Assembly: GCA_016779265.1 (NCBI GenBank)
Contig: JADHNY010000004.1
Coordinates: 5,584 to 69,583 of the forward strand
Direction: 5' to 3'
Origin: Pirellulales bacterium
GTDB taxonomy: Bacteria > Planctomycetota > Planctomycetia > Pirellulales > UBA1268
DNA: 64,000 bases
The notes under the pieces were generated by a model, which ran no database searches, had not been told where the DNA came from, and worked only from the letters and a program-made list of their open reading frames with translations. Shown piece after piece: positions 19,860 to 29,102 of this stretch (the first letter of the stretch is position 1; every line of letters begins with the position of its first letter). Made by a program: the position numbers and the translations under genes.

Positions 19860-20801
19860 TCACGCGGGATCTTTGCCAGCAGAGTCAGCCCGGGCTTCGG
19901 CGAGCCGCTGCCGACATGTAACGGTGCGGGGATGATCGGGACCATGCACTTTTTCATGCAGCCGCAGCGCCCGCTCATAGAGTGGCTTCGCCTCGTCGCG
20001 GCGATCCTGCAGCCAGAACAGGTTGGCGAGGCTGTTGACCGTCACTGCGATATTGCCGTGGTCAGAACCAAAGGCGGTTTCAAACACCGTCAACGCTCTG
20101 CGAAAAAGATCTTCCGCATCGTCATAGCGTCGTTGATGGCTGTAGAGCGTGGCCAGGTTGCTCATGCTTGTGGCAGTACGGGGATGCGTCTGTCCTAAGA
20201 TCCGCTCACAGATAGCGAGGGCTCGCTCAAACAGCGGCTCGGCCTTGTCGTACTGACGCTGCGTGTCGTAGTGCAGTGCGAGGTTGTTGAGGCTCGTTGC
20301 TGTATCCGGATGGCTTGGCCCCAGCACCTTCTCATACGTTGCGAGGGCGCGTTGATAGAGCCCTTCGGCCTTGTCGTAGCGGCCACGTGCGTCATAGAGC
20401 AGGGCGAGGTTGTTCAGGCATGTGGCTGTGTCTGGGTGATCGGGCCCGACGAGCCGCTCATAGGTCGCCAGCCCCCGCTGGTAAGCAGCTTCGGCCTCAT
20501 CGTAGTTCCCCTGCCGATAGCAGGCATGGGCGAGATTGACGAGACTCGTCGCTGTGTCCGGGTGTTCTTCTCCGAGCTGCTGTTCGCGGATCGCCAACGC
20601 CTCGCGATACAGCGTTGTCGCCTCTCCATAGCGTGCCATCGCATCGTAGAGCACCGCGAGATCGTTCATCGCCCGAGCGGTCTCTGCGTGATCGCGACCA
20701 TGCTCGGCAGCCGCTTCGTCGACCGCCGCTTCAGCAAGCGGCACAGCCTCGGCATAACTGCCAAGCGCGTAGAGCTTTTCGATCTGCCGCCGCTTGCTCA
20801 C
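19860..20801 (-). CDS. Tetratricopeptide repeat protein (42-aa kinesin-light-chain-type repeats)
   Basis: About 7 repeats of A..Y.RALA..E..LG..HP.TA.SLNNLA..Y. Likely GTG start at 20801 with AAGGA 8 nt upstream. Confidence 0.9.
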   Translation of the reverse strand: MSKRRQIEKLYALGSYAEAVPLAEAAVDEAAAEHGRDHAETARAMNDLAVLYDAMARYGEATTLYREALAIREQQLGEEHPDTATSLVNLAHACYRQGNYDEAEAAYQRGLATYERLVGPDHPDTATCLNNLALLYDARGRYDKAEGLYQRALATYEKVLGPSHPDTATSLNNLALHYDTQRQYDKAEPLFERALAICERILGQTHPRTATSMSNLATLYSHQRRYDDAEDLFRRALTVFETAFGSDHGNIAVTVNSLANLFWLQDRRDEAKPLYERALRLHEKVHGPDHPRTVTCRQRLAEARADSAGKDPA

Positions 20802-20962
20802 AGTAAGAATCCTTGCAGGCCACACCTGACTCCGCTGAACACCAAGACACCACCCCCTTTTTTGAGGGAAAAACCATCCTACGAACGAACGCCGCCGGAC
20901 TCAACAGCACCCGGGCGAATCGTTTGAAAGGCGTAGACTCGGGGCATGAAAGGGCATCCACG

Positions 20963-21577
20963 ATGACAGTGACTTCCAGCGGCATGCTTGTACTCGTAAC
21001 CAGCCTGGCGAGTGCTGTGGCGGTGTTCTCGCTGATCGCTGCCTTCAACCGGCTTGTCCGTCGCCGCAACCTGGTTGCTGAGGGCAAAAGCGGAATCGAT
21101 GTGCAGCTCAAACGCCGACACGAACTGATCCCCAACCTGGTGGCCTGCGTCCAGGGCTACACCGGTTTCGAACGGTCGTTGCTTGAAGACCTCACTCGCC
21201 TTCGTGAGGGAGCCGACCAGGCCTCGTCGATGGCCGATGTGAACAACCGTGAAACAGCGCTCAACCGTGGCCTGAGTTCCTTTTTTGCTCGCGTCGAAGC
21301 GTATCCTGAACTCAAGGCAAATACCTCGTTTGCAGAGCTGTCCAGGCAGCTCGTCGACACCGAGGATGCGCTGCAGTATTCCCGTCGTTACTACAACGGT
21401 GCGGTCCGAGACCTGAACATCGCTGTTGAAGCATTTCCGTCGAACCTCGTTGCCGGTGTGTTCGGCTTTCAAGTAGCCGACTACTTTCAGGTCGACTCCA
21501 TCGCAGAACGAGCAGCTCCCGCCGTCAGCCTCTCGACGCCAGCGTCCCCTGTTTCCTCCACCCCGCCAGGCCCATGA
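20963..21577 (+). CDS. lemA: LemA family protein
   Basis: N-terminal TM; FNRLVRRRN; [16 protein letters not shown]; EAYPELKAN; [12 protein letters not shown]; FPSNLVAG. Confidence 0.95.
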   Translation: MTVTSSGMLVLVTSLASAVAVFSLIAAFNRLVRRRNLVAEGKSGIDVQLKRRHELIPNLVACVQGYTGFERSLLEDLTRLREGADQASSMADVNNRETALNRGLSSFFARVEAYPELKANTSFAELSRQLVDTEDALQYSRRYYNGAVRDLNIAVEAFPSNLVAGVFGFQVADYFQVDSIAERAAPAVSLSTPASPVSSTPPGP

Positions 21578-23589
21578 CTCTCCGAATCACACCAACTCGC
21601 CGCCCCTGCGATCGCTTTGCTTTACTCATCTGCGTCGGAGCCTTGGTTATCGGCAGCCTGCTCTGCCACCGGTCAGCTCTTGCCGTCGAGCGGATCACCA
21701 GCTTTGACTGCCGCGTCGTCGTGGGTGAGGAAGGCATGCTCTCGATCACGGAAACGATCACGGTCGTCGCCGAGGGCAACAAGATCAAGCACGGTATCTA
21801 CCGCGACATTCCGATCCGTTATTCCGATGGCGGGCTCGGGCTGGGCACCAACATCCCTTTCACAATCACTGCGATCGAGTACGACGGCAAACCGGCCACG
21901 TATCGCGCCGAAAACCGCGACACGACCAAGCGGATCTACATCGGTGACAAAGACACGACGGTGCCGCACGGAACCCACACCTACATAATCTCCTACGACA
22001 CACGGCAGCTGAGATTCTTTGACGACCACGATGAGGTCTACTGGAATGCCACCGGCAACGCCTGGGATTTTCCGATCGAGCAGGCCACAGCTCGCGTGCT
22101 CCTCCCCGAAGGTGTTCCACAAGAGGCTGTCCAGGCAGAGGCCTACCTCGGCCCCCTGGGATCAAAGAACCAGGCCGGCGTTGAGATCGCTCCACTCGAC
22201 GATGCTGTTGGAACGCAGTTTTCCACATCGCAGCAGCTTGAGCCCAGGTCTGGCATGACCATCGTGGTCCAGTTTCCCAAGGGCTTCGTCACCGAACTCT
22301 CCGCAGCCACACGGATCTTGGAAGATCCTTATGTGCCGATCGGCATTGGTGGATTGGCGATTGTGGCCCTCTACTTCGTGGCCGCCTGGGTACTTGTTGG
22401 CCGCGATCCGGCCACGGGGGTTGTGATCCCGCTCTTCGCCCCTCCAGACAATCTCAGTCCTGCCGCCTGCCGGTTCATCAGTCGCATGGGCTTTGATAAG
22501 AGCTGCTTCTCAGTCGCCCTGCTTTCGCTCGGCTCCTACGGCACGCTTGTCATTGAAGACAAGAAAGGAAAGTACACGCTCGAACGCGCCGGTGAACTGC
22601 CAGACCACGCATCTGCGGGAGAGAAGAAGGTCTTCGACGCTCTGCTTCGCAGCCGTAAGAAGCTCGAAGTCAAACAGACGTACCACGCCACCTTCTCAAA
22701 GGCGATCTCTGACCTCAACGATGCGCTCGTTCGCGAGTTTGAGGGCACACTCTTCCATCGCAACCGCGTCTGGTTTTTTGGTGGCGTGGTGATCGCGTTT
22801 GTCACGCTGATCATCACAGTTTTTCTTGGTGGCGGCGCGGAAGCCTCACTGCAAGCCGGGTTCCTCACTCTCTGGCTCTCCTTCTGGTCAATCGCGGTCG
22901 TCGCGTTGGTGCATGGCACGCTCACCGCCTGGCGATCGGTGTTCACCAGCAGCGGGGCGGGCGAGAAAGCCATCGCCCTGCGAAAGTCCCTCTTCACCAC
23001 CGCATTTGCCACGCCCTTCGTCGCTGGCAAGTTCATCGCTCTCTACATGCTGGCTCAGAGCACTTCGCTGTGGATGATTCCGATCGTGCTCGGCATCGTC
23101 TCGATCGTGGCCCTTTTCTACGAACTGATTAAGGCTCCAACGGCTACCGGGCGAGCAGTGATGGACCGCATCGACGGCTTTCGGATGTATCTCGAAACGG
23201 CCGAGCAGGAACGGCTTGAGGCAGTCACCGAGCAGGCGTTTGCTGCGGAGGCTGCCTCGCCAGAACCACGGAGCCTTCAGCTCTTCGAGCGGTTTCTGCC
23301 ATACGCGGTTGCCCTCGGTGTGGCGAATGCTTGGGCAGCCAAGTTCCAAGACCTGATCGCCGCGGCCAGCATCCACGACAGCGATGGCAGCACCCAGCAC
23401 TACCATCCCGCCTGGTACCACGGCTCAGGCTGGGCTCCGACGAATGTCGGTGTTGCAGCTGCCGGACTCGGTGCCGCGATGACTTCGGCTGTTGCGGCGG
23501 CTGCGACCAGTCCATCATCCGGAAGCGGTGGCGGCGGTGGGGGCTCCTCGGGCGGGGGCGGGGGCGGTGGGGGTGGCGGGGGCTGGTGA
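21574..23589 (+). CDS. DUF2207 membrane protein with Gly-rich C-terminal tail
   Basis: ERITSFD; HGIYRDIP; YWNATGNAW; [13 protein letters not shown]; tail [26 protein letters not shown] overlap with lemA. Confidence 0.92.
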   Translation: MTLRITPTRRPCDRFALLICVGALVIGSLLCHRSALAVERITSFDCRVVVGEEGMLSITETITVVAEGNKIKHGIYRDIPIRYSDGGLGLGTNIPFTITAIEYDGKPATYRAENRDTTKRIYIGDKDTTVPHGTHTYIISYDTRQLRFFDDHDEVYWNATGNAWDFPIEQATARVLLPEGVPQEAVQAEAYLGPLGSKNQAGVEIAPLDDAVGTQFSTSQQLEPRSGMTIVVQFPKGFVTELSAATRILEDPYVPIGIGGLAIVALYFVAAWVLVGRDPATGVVIPLFAPPDNLSPAACRFISRMGFDKSCFSVALLSLGSYGTLVIEDKKGKYTLERAGELPDHASAGEKKVFDALLRSRKKLEVKQTYHATFSKAISDLNDALVREFEGTLFHRNRVWFFGGVVIAFVTLIITVFLGGGAEASLQAGFLTLWLSFWSIAVVALVHGTLTAWRSVFTSSGAGEKAIALRKSLFTTAFATPFVAGKFIALYMLAQSTSLWMIPIVLGIVSIVALFYELIKAPTATGRAVMDRIDGFRMYLETAEQERLEAVTEQAFAAEAASPEPRSLQLFERFLPYAVALGVANAWAAKFQDLIAAASIHDSDGSTQHYHPAWYHGSGWAPTNVGVAAAGLGAAMTSAVAAAATSPSSGSGGGGGGSSGGGGGGGGGGGW

Positions 23590-23590
23590 G

Positions 23591-24043
23591 ATGGCCGCAG
23601 CATTCCCACTGTTCGTCTATGGCACCCTGCGGCCCTGCCTGATTCATCGGGCAACCGCAGCCCCACGGCAGGTCGTTGAGACCCGCACGCATCTCGGTGA
23701 AGCGGTCTTCGCAGGCCTGCTTTTCGATCTTGGGGAATACCCCGGAGTTGTCGAAGACTTTGCGATCGAATCCGCCAACGCCCGCCGGCCGGCTTCCTCA
23801 CAGCCCTCGCGTGTGATCGGTGATCTCCTTGCGGTCACCGACGGAGATCTTGAAGTCCTCGACACCTACGAGGAGTGCGGCGGCCGCAACCCGCTGTATC
23901 GAAGAGAGTGCCGCACCGTCACCTGTTGCAGTGACACCAAGCCCATCGAGTGTTGGATCTACATCTACAACCACGAACCTCCAGCCGAAGGTCTGATTCC
24001 ACACGGCGACTACCGGCGGCACCTTGCCGAGCACCGTCGGTAA
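23591..24043 (+). CDS. Gamma-glutamylcyclotransferase (AIG2-like) family protein
   Basis: LFVYGTL; LFDLGEYPG; LDTYEE; LYRR; CWIYIYN. Start 1 nt after the DUF2207 stop. Confidence 0.88.
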   Translation: MAAAFPLFVYGTLRPCLIHRATAAPRQVVETRTHLGEAVFAGLLFDLGEYPGVVEDFAIESANARRPASSQPSRVIGDLLAVTDGDLEVLDTYEECGGRNPLYRRECRTVTCCSDTKPIECWIYIYNHEPPAEGLIPHGDYRRHLAEHRR

Positions 24044-24189
24044 GCAGCAGCACAACACTCCAGTTCGTCACCGCGGTCTGCCGCGCAGAGAGGCAACTGC
24101 GGTGTCTGCGTGCTACTTTTTTGTGCGTAGCGCGAGCGAAAATGCTGGCAATCCCCGCGTTTTCCGTGGGATTCCCAACAAGGCTCCAT

Positions 24190-24206
24190 CTGGTACGATT
24201 TTTGCA
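24190..24206 (+). promoter_or_regulatory. Sigma54 (-24/-12) promoter of glnII
   Basis: CTGGTACGATTTTTGCA matches YTGGCACGrNNNTTGCW, with exact GG-N10-GC spacing, upstream of glutamine synthetase. Confidence 0.8.
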
Positions 24207-24392
24207 GACAGTTAGAGCAGCGGCTTTGTCCATTCAGACGTGGGCATGCCCGCGGAAGGGGAGTTCGGCATGAACCGACGCCACCGAAAGCGGCTGTGCA
24301 GCGTTTTGCGGAATGATGTAGCGACGTCCGGCGGATGACCAAGCCATCACGTTTCCCATCCCTTTGTCCATAGCGTAAGGAAGAGCGTCAGT

Positions 24393-25409
24393 ATGAGCAC
24401 GAAGTCGAAGCTTGAGTACATCTGGCTCGATGGATACAAGCCCACCCAAAGCCTGCGGTCGAAGACCCGTATCGAAAAGGATTTTGGCGGCACCCTCGAA
24501 GAGTGCCCGATGTGGTCTTTTGACGGCAGCAGCACCGAACAAGCCGAAGGCGGTTCCTCCGACTGTCTGCTAAAGCCAGTTGCAATCGTCCCCGATCCAG
24601 GTCGCCTCAACGCCTATCTGGTAATGACCGAGGTGCTCAACGCCGATGGTACGCCACATGAGTCGAACGGCCGAGCCACGATCAGCGACGACGACGAGGA
24701 CTTCTGGTTCGGTTTCGAGCAGGAGTACTTCCTCTGGTCAGTTGAGAACAACAATCCTCCGGGCTTTCCTCGTGGCGGATGGCCAAACCCTCAGGGGCCC
24801 TACTATTGCAGCGTGGGTGCCGAAAATGCCCATGGCCGCTCGTGCGTAGAAGACCACCTCGACGCCTGTCTTGAGGCAGGGCTGAATGTCGAAGGCATCA
24901 ACTCTGAGGTTGCCGCTGGACAGTGGGAGTTCCAGATCTTCGCAAAGGGTGCCAAGCGTGCCGGCGATGAAATCTGGATCGCCCGTTATCTGCTTGAGCG
25001 GATCGGCGAGAACTACGGCTACGCCATCGAGTGGCACCCCAAGCCGCTCGGTAAGACCGACTGGAATGGTTCGGGCATGCATGCCAACTTCTCCAACGAT
25101 GTGATGCGGACCGCTGGAAACAAGGACATCTTCACGAAGATCTGCGAAGGCTTTGGTGGTGTCGTCGACCGTCACATTAGCGTGTATGGTGCCGACAACG
25201 ACCAGCGGCTCACAGGTCAGCATGAGACGCAGCGGATCGACCAGTTCAGCTACGGCGTTTCTGATCGTGGTGCATCAATCCGGATCCCCGTGGGCACGAT
25301 TGAAAACGGCTGGAAGGGCCGTTTGGAAGATCGCCGTCCTGCATCCAATGCCGACCCATACAAGGTCGCTGCAGCCATCATCAAGACGGTCAAGGAGGCT
25401 CTTGCCTAA
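24393..25409 (+). CDS. glnII: Glutamine synthetase type II
   Basis: KLEYIWLDG; WSFDGSST; WFGFEQEYF; GINSEVAAGQWEFQ; WNGSGMHANFS; RGASIRIP; LEDRRPASNADPY; 338 aa is GSII length. Confidence 0.93.
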   Translation: MSTKSKLEYIWLDGYKPTQSLRSKTRIEKDFGGTLEECPMWSFDGSSTEQAEGGSSDCLLKPVAIVPDPGRLNAYLVMTEVLNADGTPHESNGRATISDDDEDFWFGFEQEYFLWSVENNNPPGFPRGGWPNPQGPYYCSVGAENAHGRSCVEDHLDACLEAGLNVEGINSEVAAGQWEFQIFAKGAKRAGDEIWIARYLLERIGENYGYAIEWHPKPLGKTDWNGSGMHANFSNDVMRTAGNKDIFTKICEGFGGVVDRHISVYGADNDQRLTGQHETQRIDQFSYGVSDRGASIRIPVGTIENGWKGRLEDRRPASNADPYKVAAAIIKTVKEALA

Positions 25410-25438
25410 GGCAAGACGCTCCGAAAATGCCACTCATG

Positions 25439-25477
25439 CACCCCTGCGGGCCACCTGGCTCGCGGGGGTGTTTTTTT
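25439..25477 (+). terminator. Intrinsic terminator after glnII
   Basis: cacccctgcgggcc-acct-ggctcgcgggggtg followed by T7. Confidence 0.85.
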
Positions 25478-25479
25478 GA

Positions 25480-26466
25480 TCATGCCTGTGGCCCCAGATC
25501 GATGTCACGAAGTGCGTCGAGCATCTGTCGCATCGTCTGGTAACGGTCTGCCGGCACCTTGCTGATCGCCTTCATCACCACATCATCAAAGGCCTTCGGA
25601 ATCCCCTGCTCTGGATTCTGCTCAGAGGGCGGTGGGGGGGTGTCGTGGATGATGTTGTCAAACGTCTCCTGAACCACCCGTCCCCGAAACGGCTCTCGCA
25701 GTGCAGCAGTTTCATAGAGCACGACCCCCGCGCTGAAGATGTCGCTCCGCTCATCCACCTGCGACCGGTTGACGTTCACCTGTTCGGGCGACATGTAGAG
25801 CGGCGTTCCCGGCCGGTCTCCAGCCATCGTGAGTTCTTGCACCTGCTGGGCTTCCTGCTGCCGTGCAACTGTTGGATGGAGCGGCATATCGTCAGGCTGG
25901 CCCCAGACCTTCGCCACGCCCCAGTCGAGAAGCAGCACCTCACCGAAGTTGCCTACCCAGATATTCTCGGGCTTCACATCGCGATGGATCACCCCGCGGG
26001 CATGGGCATACATCAGGGCCTGACACGCATCGGTGACGATCGCAACACGCCGTGCCAGCGGAAACTCTGCAACCGTCTCCGGAACGTTGGTGGCCACCCG
26101 CTTGAGAATCTCAAACAGGTTCTCCCCAGACACCCGCTTCATCGTGAAGTAGATGCCGTCGACCTTATCTTCACCAATCTCGTACACCGGTACGGTGTTG
26201 GGATGCTGCAGCTGCGCGGTCACCCGGGCTTCTCTCAGCAGCCGCCGACTTTCTTTCTGGTCGAGGAGAAACTTGTACTGGAGGGTCTTGACCACAACGG
26301 TGCGTCCGGTGATCTGATCAAAACAGCTTCGCAGCCGGCCTGTCCCACCCGTTGCCATCTCGCGAAAGCCGACGTACTTCGCCAACCCCTCGGGCATTGG
26401 CTTGGGGAGCGCGAAGTCGGTCGAAGACAGAAAAATCGCCCCTTGGCTGTCGACTGTGCGTCCCAT
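25480..26466 (-). CDS. Hanks-type Ser/Thr protein kinase, soluble, kinase domain only
   Basis: VVVKTL; EARVTAQLQHPN; HRDVKPEN; DWGVAK; GTPLYMSPEQ; DIFSAG. Start ATG 26466. Confidence 0.92.
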   Translation of the reverse strand: MGRTVDSQGAIFLSSTDFALPKPMPEGLAKYVGFREMATGGTGRLRSCFDQITGRTVVVKTLQYKFLLDQKESRRLLREARVTAQLQHPNTVPVYEIGEDKVDGIYFTMKRVSGENLFEILKRVATNVPETVAEFPLARRVAIVTDACQALMYAHARGVIHRDVKPENIWVGNFGEVLLLDWGVAKVWGQPDDMPLHPTVARQQEAQQVQELTMAGDRPGTPLYMSPEQVNVNRSQVDERSDIFSAGVVLYETAALREPFRGRVVQETFDNIIHDTPPPPSEQNPEQGIPKAFDDVVMKAISKVPADRYQTMRQMLDALRDIDLGPQA

Positions 26467-26611
26467 GAGGTCGCTCCCGCGAGGATCAGAGTGCCGGTTT
26501 CTACCGACATTTCGCAGCATAGCCCACCGCACCGGTTTGCTCCGACGGCACTCTGGCGAGCAACTGCCAGCACGTTTTTGCGTCACAACGCAAAACTCAC
26601 TCCGCTGCTCG

Positions 26612-26641
26612 TTGAAATACCGAAACTAGGGAGAGTATTCT
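26612..26641 (+). promoter_or_regulatory. Possible sigma70-type promoter for the Cys-rich gene
   Basis: TTGAAA-N18-TATTCT in an AT-richer divergent intergenic region. Confidence 0.4.
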
Positions 26642-26765
26642 GAAAGGGTAGACCGTACCGATTACGCGGGCGTCTTTCGAAGGTCCGGCCAGTGCTGCTG
26701 GCTTGGTCACACGCAGAAATGCGTCCGTCCCGCCTCGATTCTTCCTGCCTTCTAGAAAGGACACC

Positions 26766-27149
26766 ATGAAACTCTCCGCGTTTCTTGCAGCCTGCCTTCT
26801 CTGCTCCGGCCTGATGTCGGTGCCAATGCTCGATGCGGCCTCCACCGCTGAGGCTGGCCTTCGTCACCATCGTCGGGACTGCTGTGACCCTTGCTGCACC
26901 GATCCCTGCTGCGAGCCATGCCCTCCGCCGCCAGTCGATGTGCCACTTTGCGTGGTCGATCCCTGCACCGGCTGTGCCACCGAGGTGTGCGTCTCCGTGC
27001 CATGTGAGTGCGCCAACGAAAAGCCTTGCCTGGTCGACTGCCGTCCTGGCTGCTTCGGTCGCAAGATCCTCACCTACCGCTGGGCGAGCTGCGACTACTG
27101 CGTGGACGTGGTCCTCACCAAGCACGGCCGAGCCATCGTCCGTGACTGA
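26766..27149 (+). CDS. Small secreted Cys/Pro-rich protein (127 aa, 20 Cys)
   Basis: RBS AGAAAGG 5 nt before ATG; signal peptide ending AEA; DCCDPCCTDPCCEPCPPPP; followed by a strong terminator. Confidence 0.88.
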   Translation: MKLSAFLAACLLCSGLMSVPMLDAASTAEAGLRHHRRDCCDPCCTDPCCEPCPPPPVDVPLCVVDPCTGCATEVCVSVPCECANEKPCLVDCRPGCFGRKILTYRWASCDYCVDVVLTKHGRAIVRD

Positions 27150-27180
27150 ACGGTCGCGATGAACGAGAGGCCGCGATAAC

Positions 27181-27216
27181 AAAAGGCCGTAGCCCACCTT
27201 TGGGCTACGGCCTTTT
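27181..27216. terminator. Bidirectional intrinsic terminator
   Basis: Perfect 16-bp stem aaaaggccgtagccca-cctt-tgggctacggcctttt between convergent genes. Confidence 0.92.
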
Positions 27217-27268
27217 CTGTGTCTGGATGTGCAGCCGCCGAGGTCAGCAGTTCAGCGTCGTCAGCACC

Positions 27269-29002
27269 TCAGCGTTTGGCACGCCATGCCCCCAGTGGCA
27301 GCACATCTGCTCGCTCGGCATACGCATCCCACGCGTCGGCCAGCTGCTTCACCTTCTCAGGCATCTCAGCAGCAAGATCGTGGAGTTCGGTGCGATCGTC
27401 TTTGAGGTCGTAAAGTTCCCACGGCCGTCCTTCCTTCGCCACCAGTTTCCAGCGGCCGTCTCGGATCGCCCGGTTCCCCTCGTGCTCCCAGAAGATCGGC
27501 GTGCCTCGCTGCACTGACTGCCCAGAAAACGCAGGCGTGAGACTCACTCCTTCCGCCGGCTTGATCGTGTGCCCTTCACGCATCCTGGGATAGTCGGCAC
27601 CCGCGAGATCGACGCAGGTGGCCATGATGTCAATCAGGTGACCAGGCGTCTGCACGAGATGGCCGCGATGCTCTTCGGCGATCCCGGCAGGCCAGTGCAC
27701 AATCAGCGGAGTCGAGATACCTCCCTCATGGACCCAGTGCTTGTACTCGCGAAACGGCGTGTTGCTGACATTGGCCCAGCCTTCGCCGTAGCCGATGTAG
27801 GTGTCTGCTCCGCCCGGCATCACGCCATAGCCCTGCCGCATCGGATAGCCATCACGGGTCTGCTTGGGAATCATGTCGAACTGCAGTGCATCGGCTGCCA
27901 TCGGCGGGAGTGATGGACTTGCGAGCCGAGCCTGCGCAGGCTGCTTTCGATTCCCACGCCCCATGCCCTCAGCACAGCCGCCGTTATCTTGCAGGTAGAA
28001 GATCACGGTGTTGTCGAGCGTGCCCTGACGACGGAGTTCATCGACAAGCCGCCCGATGCTGCGATCCATCGCATCAACCATCGCGGCATAGACCTCCATG
28101 CAGCGAATCTCGAATGCCTTGTCACCCACCGAGTCCCACTCCACCGCTTGCGGACTCATTGCCCAGTCTGCGTCGAGCAGTCCCAGGCTGCGTGCCTTCG
28201 CCAAACGCGCGTCACGAATCGCACCAAACCCGTCGTCATACATCCCTTGATAGCGAGCAACGTCTTCCTCGAGAGCGTGCATCGGCCAATGGGCCGCGGT
28301 GTAGGTCAGATAGAGAAAGAAGGGACGTTCATCCCCCGACGATGCATGCTCTGCGACAAAACTCACCGCGTTGTCACCAATCGCATCCGTGTAGTAGTAG
28401 GTCTCTGGTGTGTAGTGTGGATCTGACTCCGGGGAGATCAGTGTGTTGTCACGGGTCAGCGAGTTGGGATCGAAGAAACTCCCTGCTCCGTGGATCGTGC
28501 CGTAGAAGCGTTCGAAGCCACGCTGCAACGGCCAGTTGTGCTTCTGATGATCTTCCTCCGGTCGCACCTTCTTGGTCACATGCCATTTCCCCGAGGCAAA
28601 GGTGGCGTAGTCGGCATCGTGGAGCACCTCGGCAATCGTCACCGACTCCCGGTTGAGATCGCCGCGATAGCCGTCGTATCCACGGTCGTCCATCATGTGG
28701 CCAATACCCGCCTGATGCGGATAGAGGCCGGTCAGCAGCGAGGCCCGGGTCGGGCAGCAGCGGGCCGTGTTGTAAAACTGTGTAAACCGCAGGCCATTCG
28801 CGGCAAGGCCATCGAGCACGGGCGTCTGGATCTCTCCCCCGAAGCAGCCGATATCGGAGAAGCCCATGTCGTCAGCCATGATCACGATCACATTCGGCCG
28901 CCCGGCCTCCTTGGCCGCCACCGCCTGAGGCATTCCCCACACCATGCTTGCTGACAAAGCCAGCAGGGCATGAATCCAGGCTGCAGAAATCGTCGGTCTC
29001 AT
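27269..29002 (-). CDS. Arylsulfatase (Cys-type, S1 family)
   Basis: RPNVIVIMADDMG; CCPTRASLLTG (CxPxR); GKWH; DNG; KHWVHEGGISTP. True start ATG 29002; the ORF-track extension is spurious. Confidence 0.93.
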   Translation of the reverse strand: MRPTISAAWIHALLALSASMVWGMPQAVAAKEAGRPNVIVIMADDMGFSDIGCFGGEIQTPVLDGLAANGLRFTQFYNTARCCPTRASLLTGLYPHQAGIGHMMDDRGYDGYRGDLNRESVTIAEVLHDADYATFASGKWHVTKKVRPEEDHQKHNWPLQRGFERFYGTIHGAGSFFDPNSLTRDNTLISPESDPHYTPETYYYTDAIGDNAVSFVAEHASSGDERPFFLYLTYTAAHWPMHALEEDVARYQGMYDDGFGAIRDARLAKARSLGLLDADWAMSPQAVEWDSVGDKAFEIRCMEVYAAMVDAMDRSIGRLVDELRRQGTLDNTVIFYLQDNGGCAEGMGRGNRKQPAQARLASPSLPPMAADALQFDMIPKQTRDGYPMRQGYGVMPGGADTYIGYGEGWANVSNTPFREYKHWVHEGGISTPLIVHWPAGIAEEHRGHLVQTPGHLIDIMATCVDLAGADYPRMREGHTIKPAEGVSLTPAFSGQSVQRGTPIFWEHEGNRAIRDGRWKLVAKEGRPWELYDLKDDRTELHDLAAEMPEKVKQLADAWDAYAERADVLPLGAWRAKR

Positions 29003-29102
29003 CGAGGCTCCCCTTCTGTTCTCCCCACGCGGACTACAATCACAGGCAGAGTATCCATAAGAACACTGCTGCTGGCCACCGCCGGGGTGGGCCGGCGGGG
29101 CT

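Noticed and set aside
23521-23586. GGC/GGG-rich low-complexity tract
   Set aside because: It simply encodes the poly-Gly tail typical of DUF2207 proteins.
25645-26643. 332-aa plus-strand ORF; other long antisense ORFs (e.g. 29178-30326, 34363-35295, 39223-40179, 50689-51633, 55542-56444)
   Set aside because: Each lies opposite a well-supported gene; long shadow frames are expected at this GC content.
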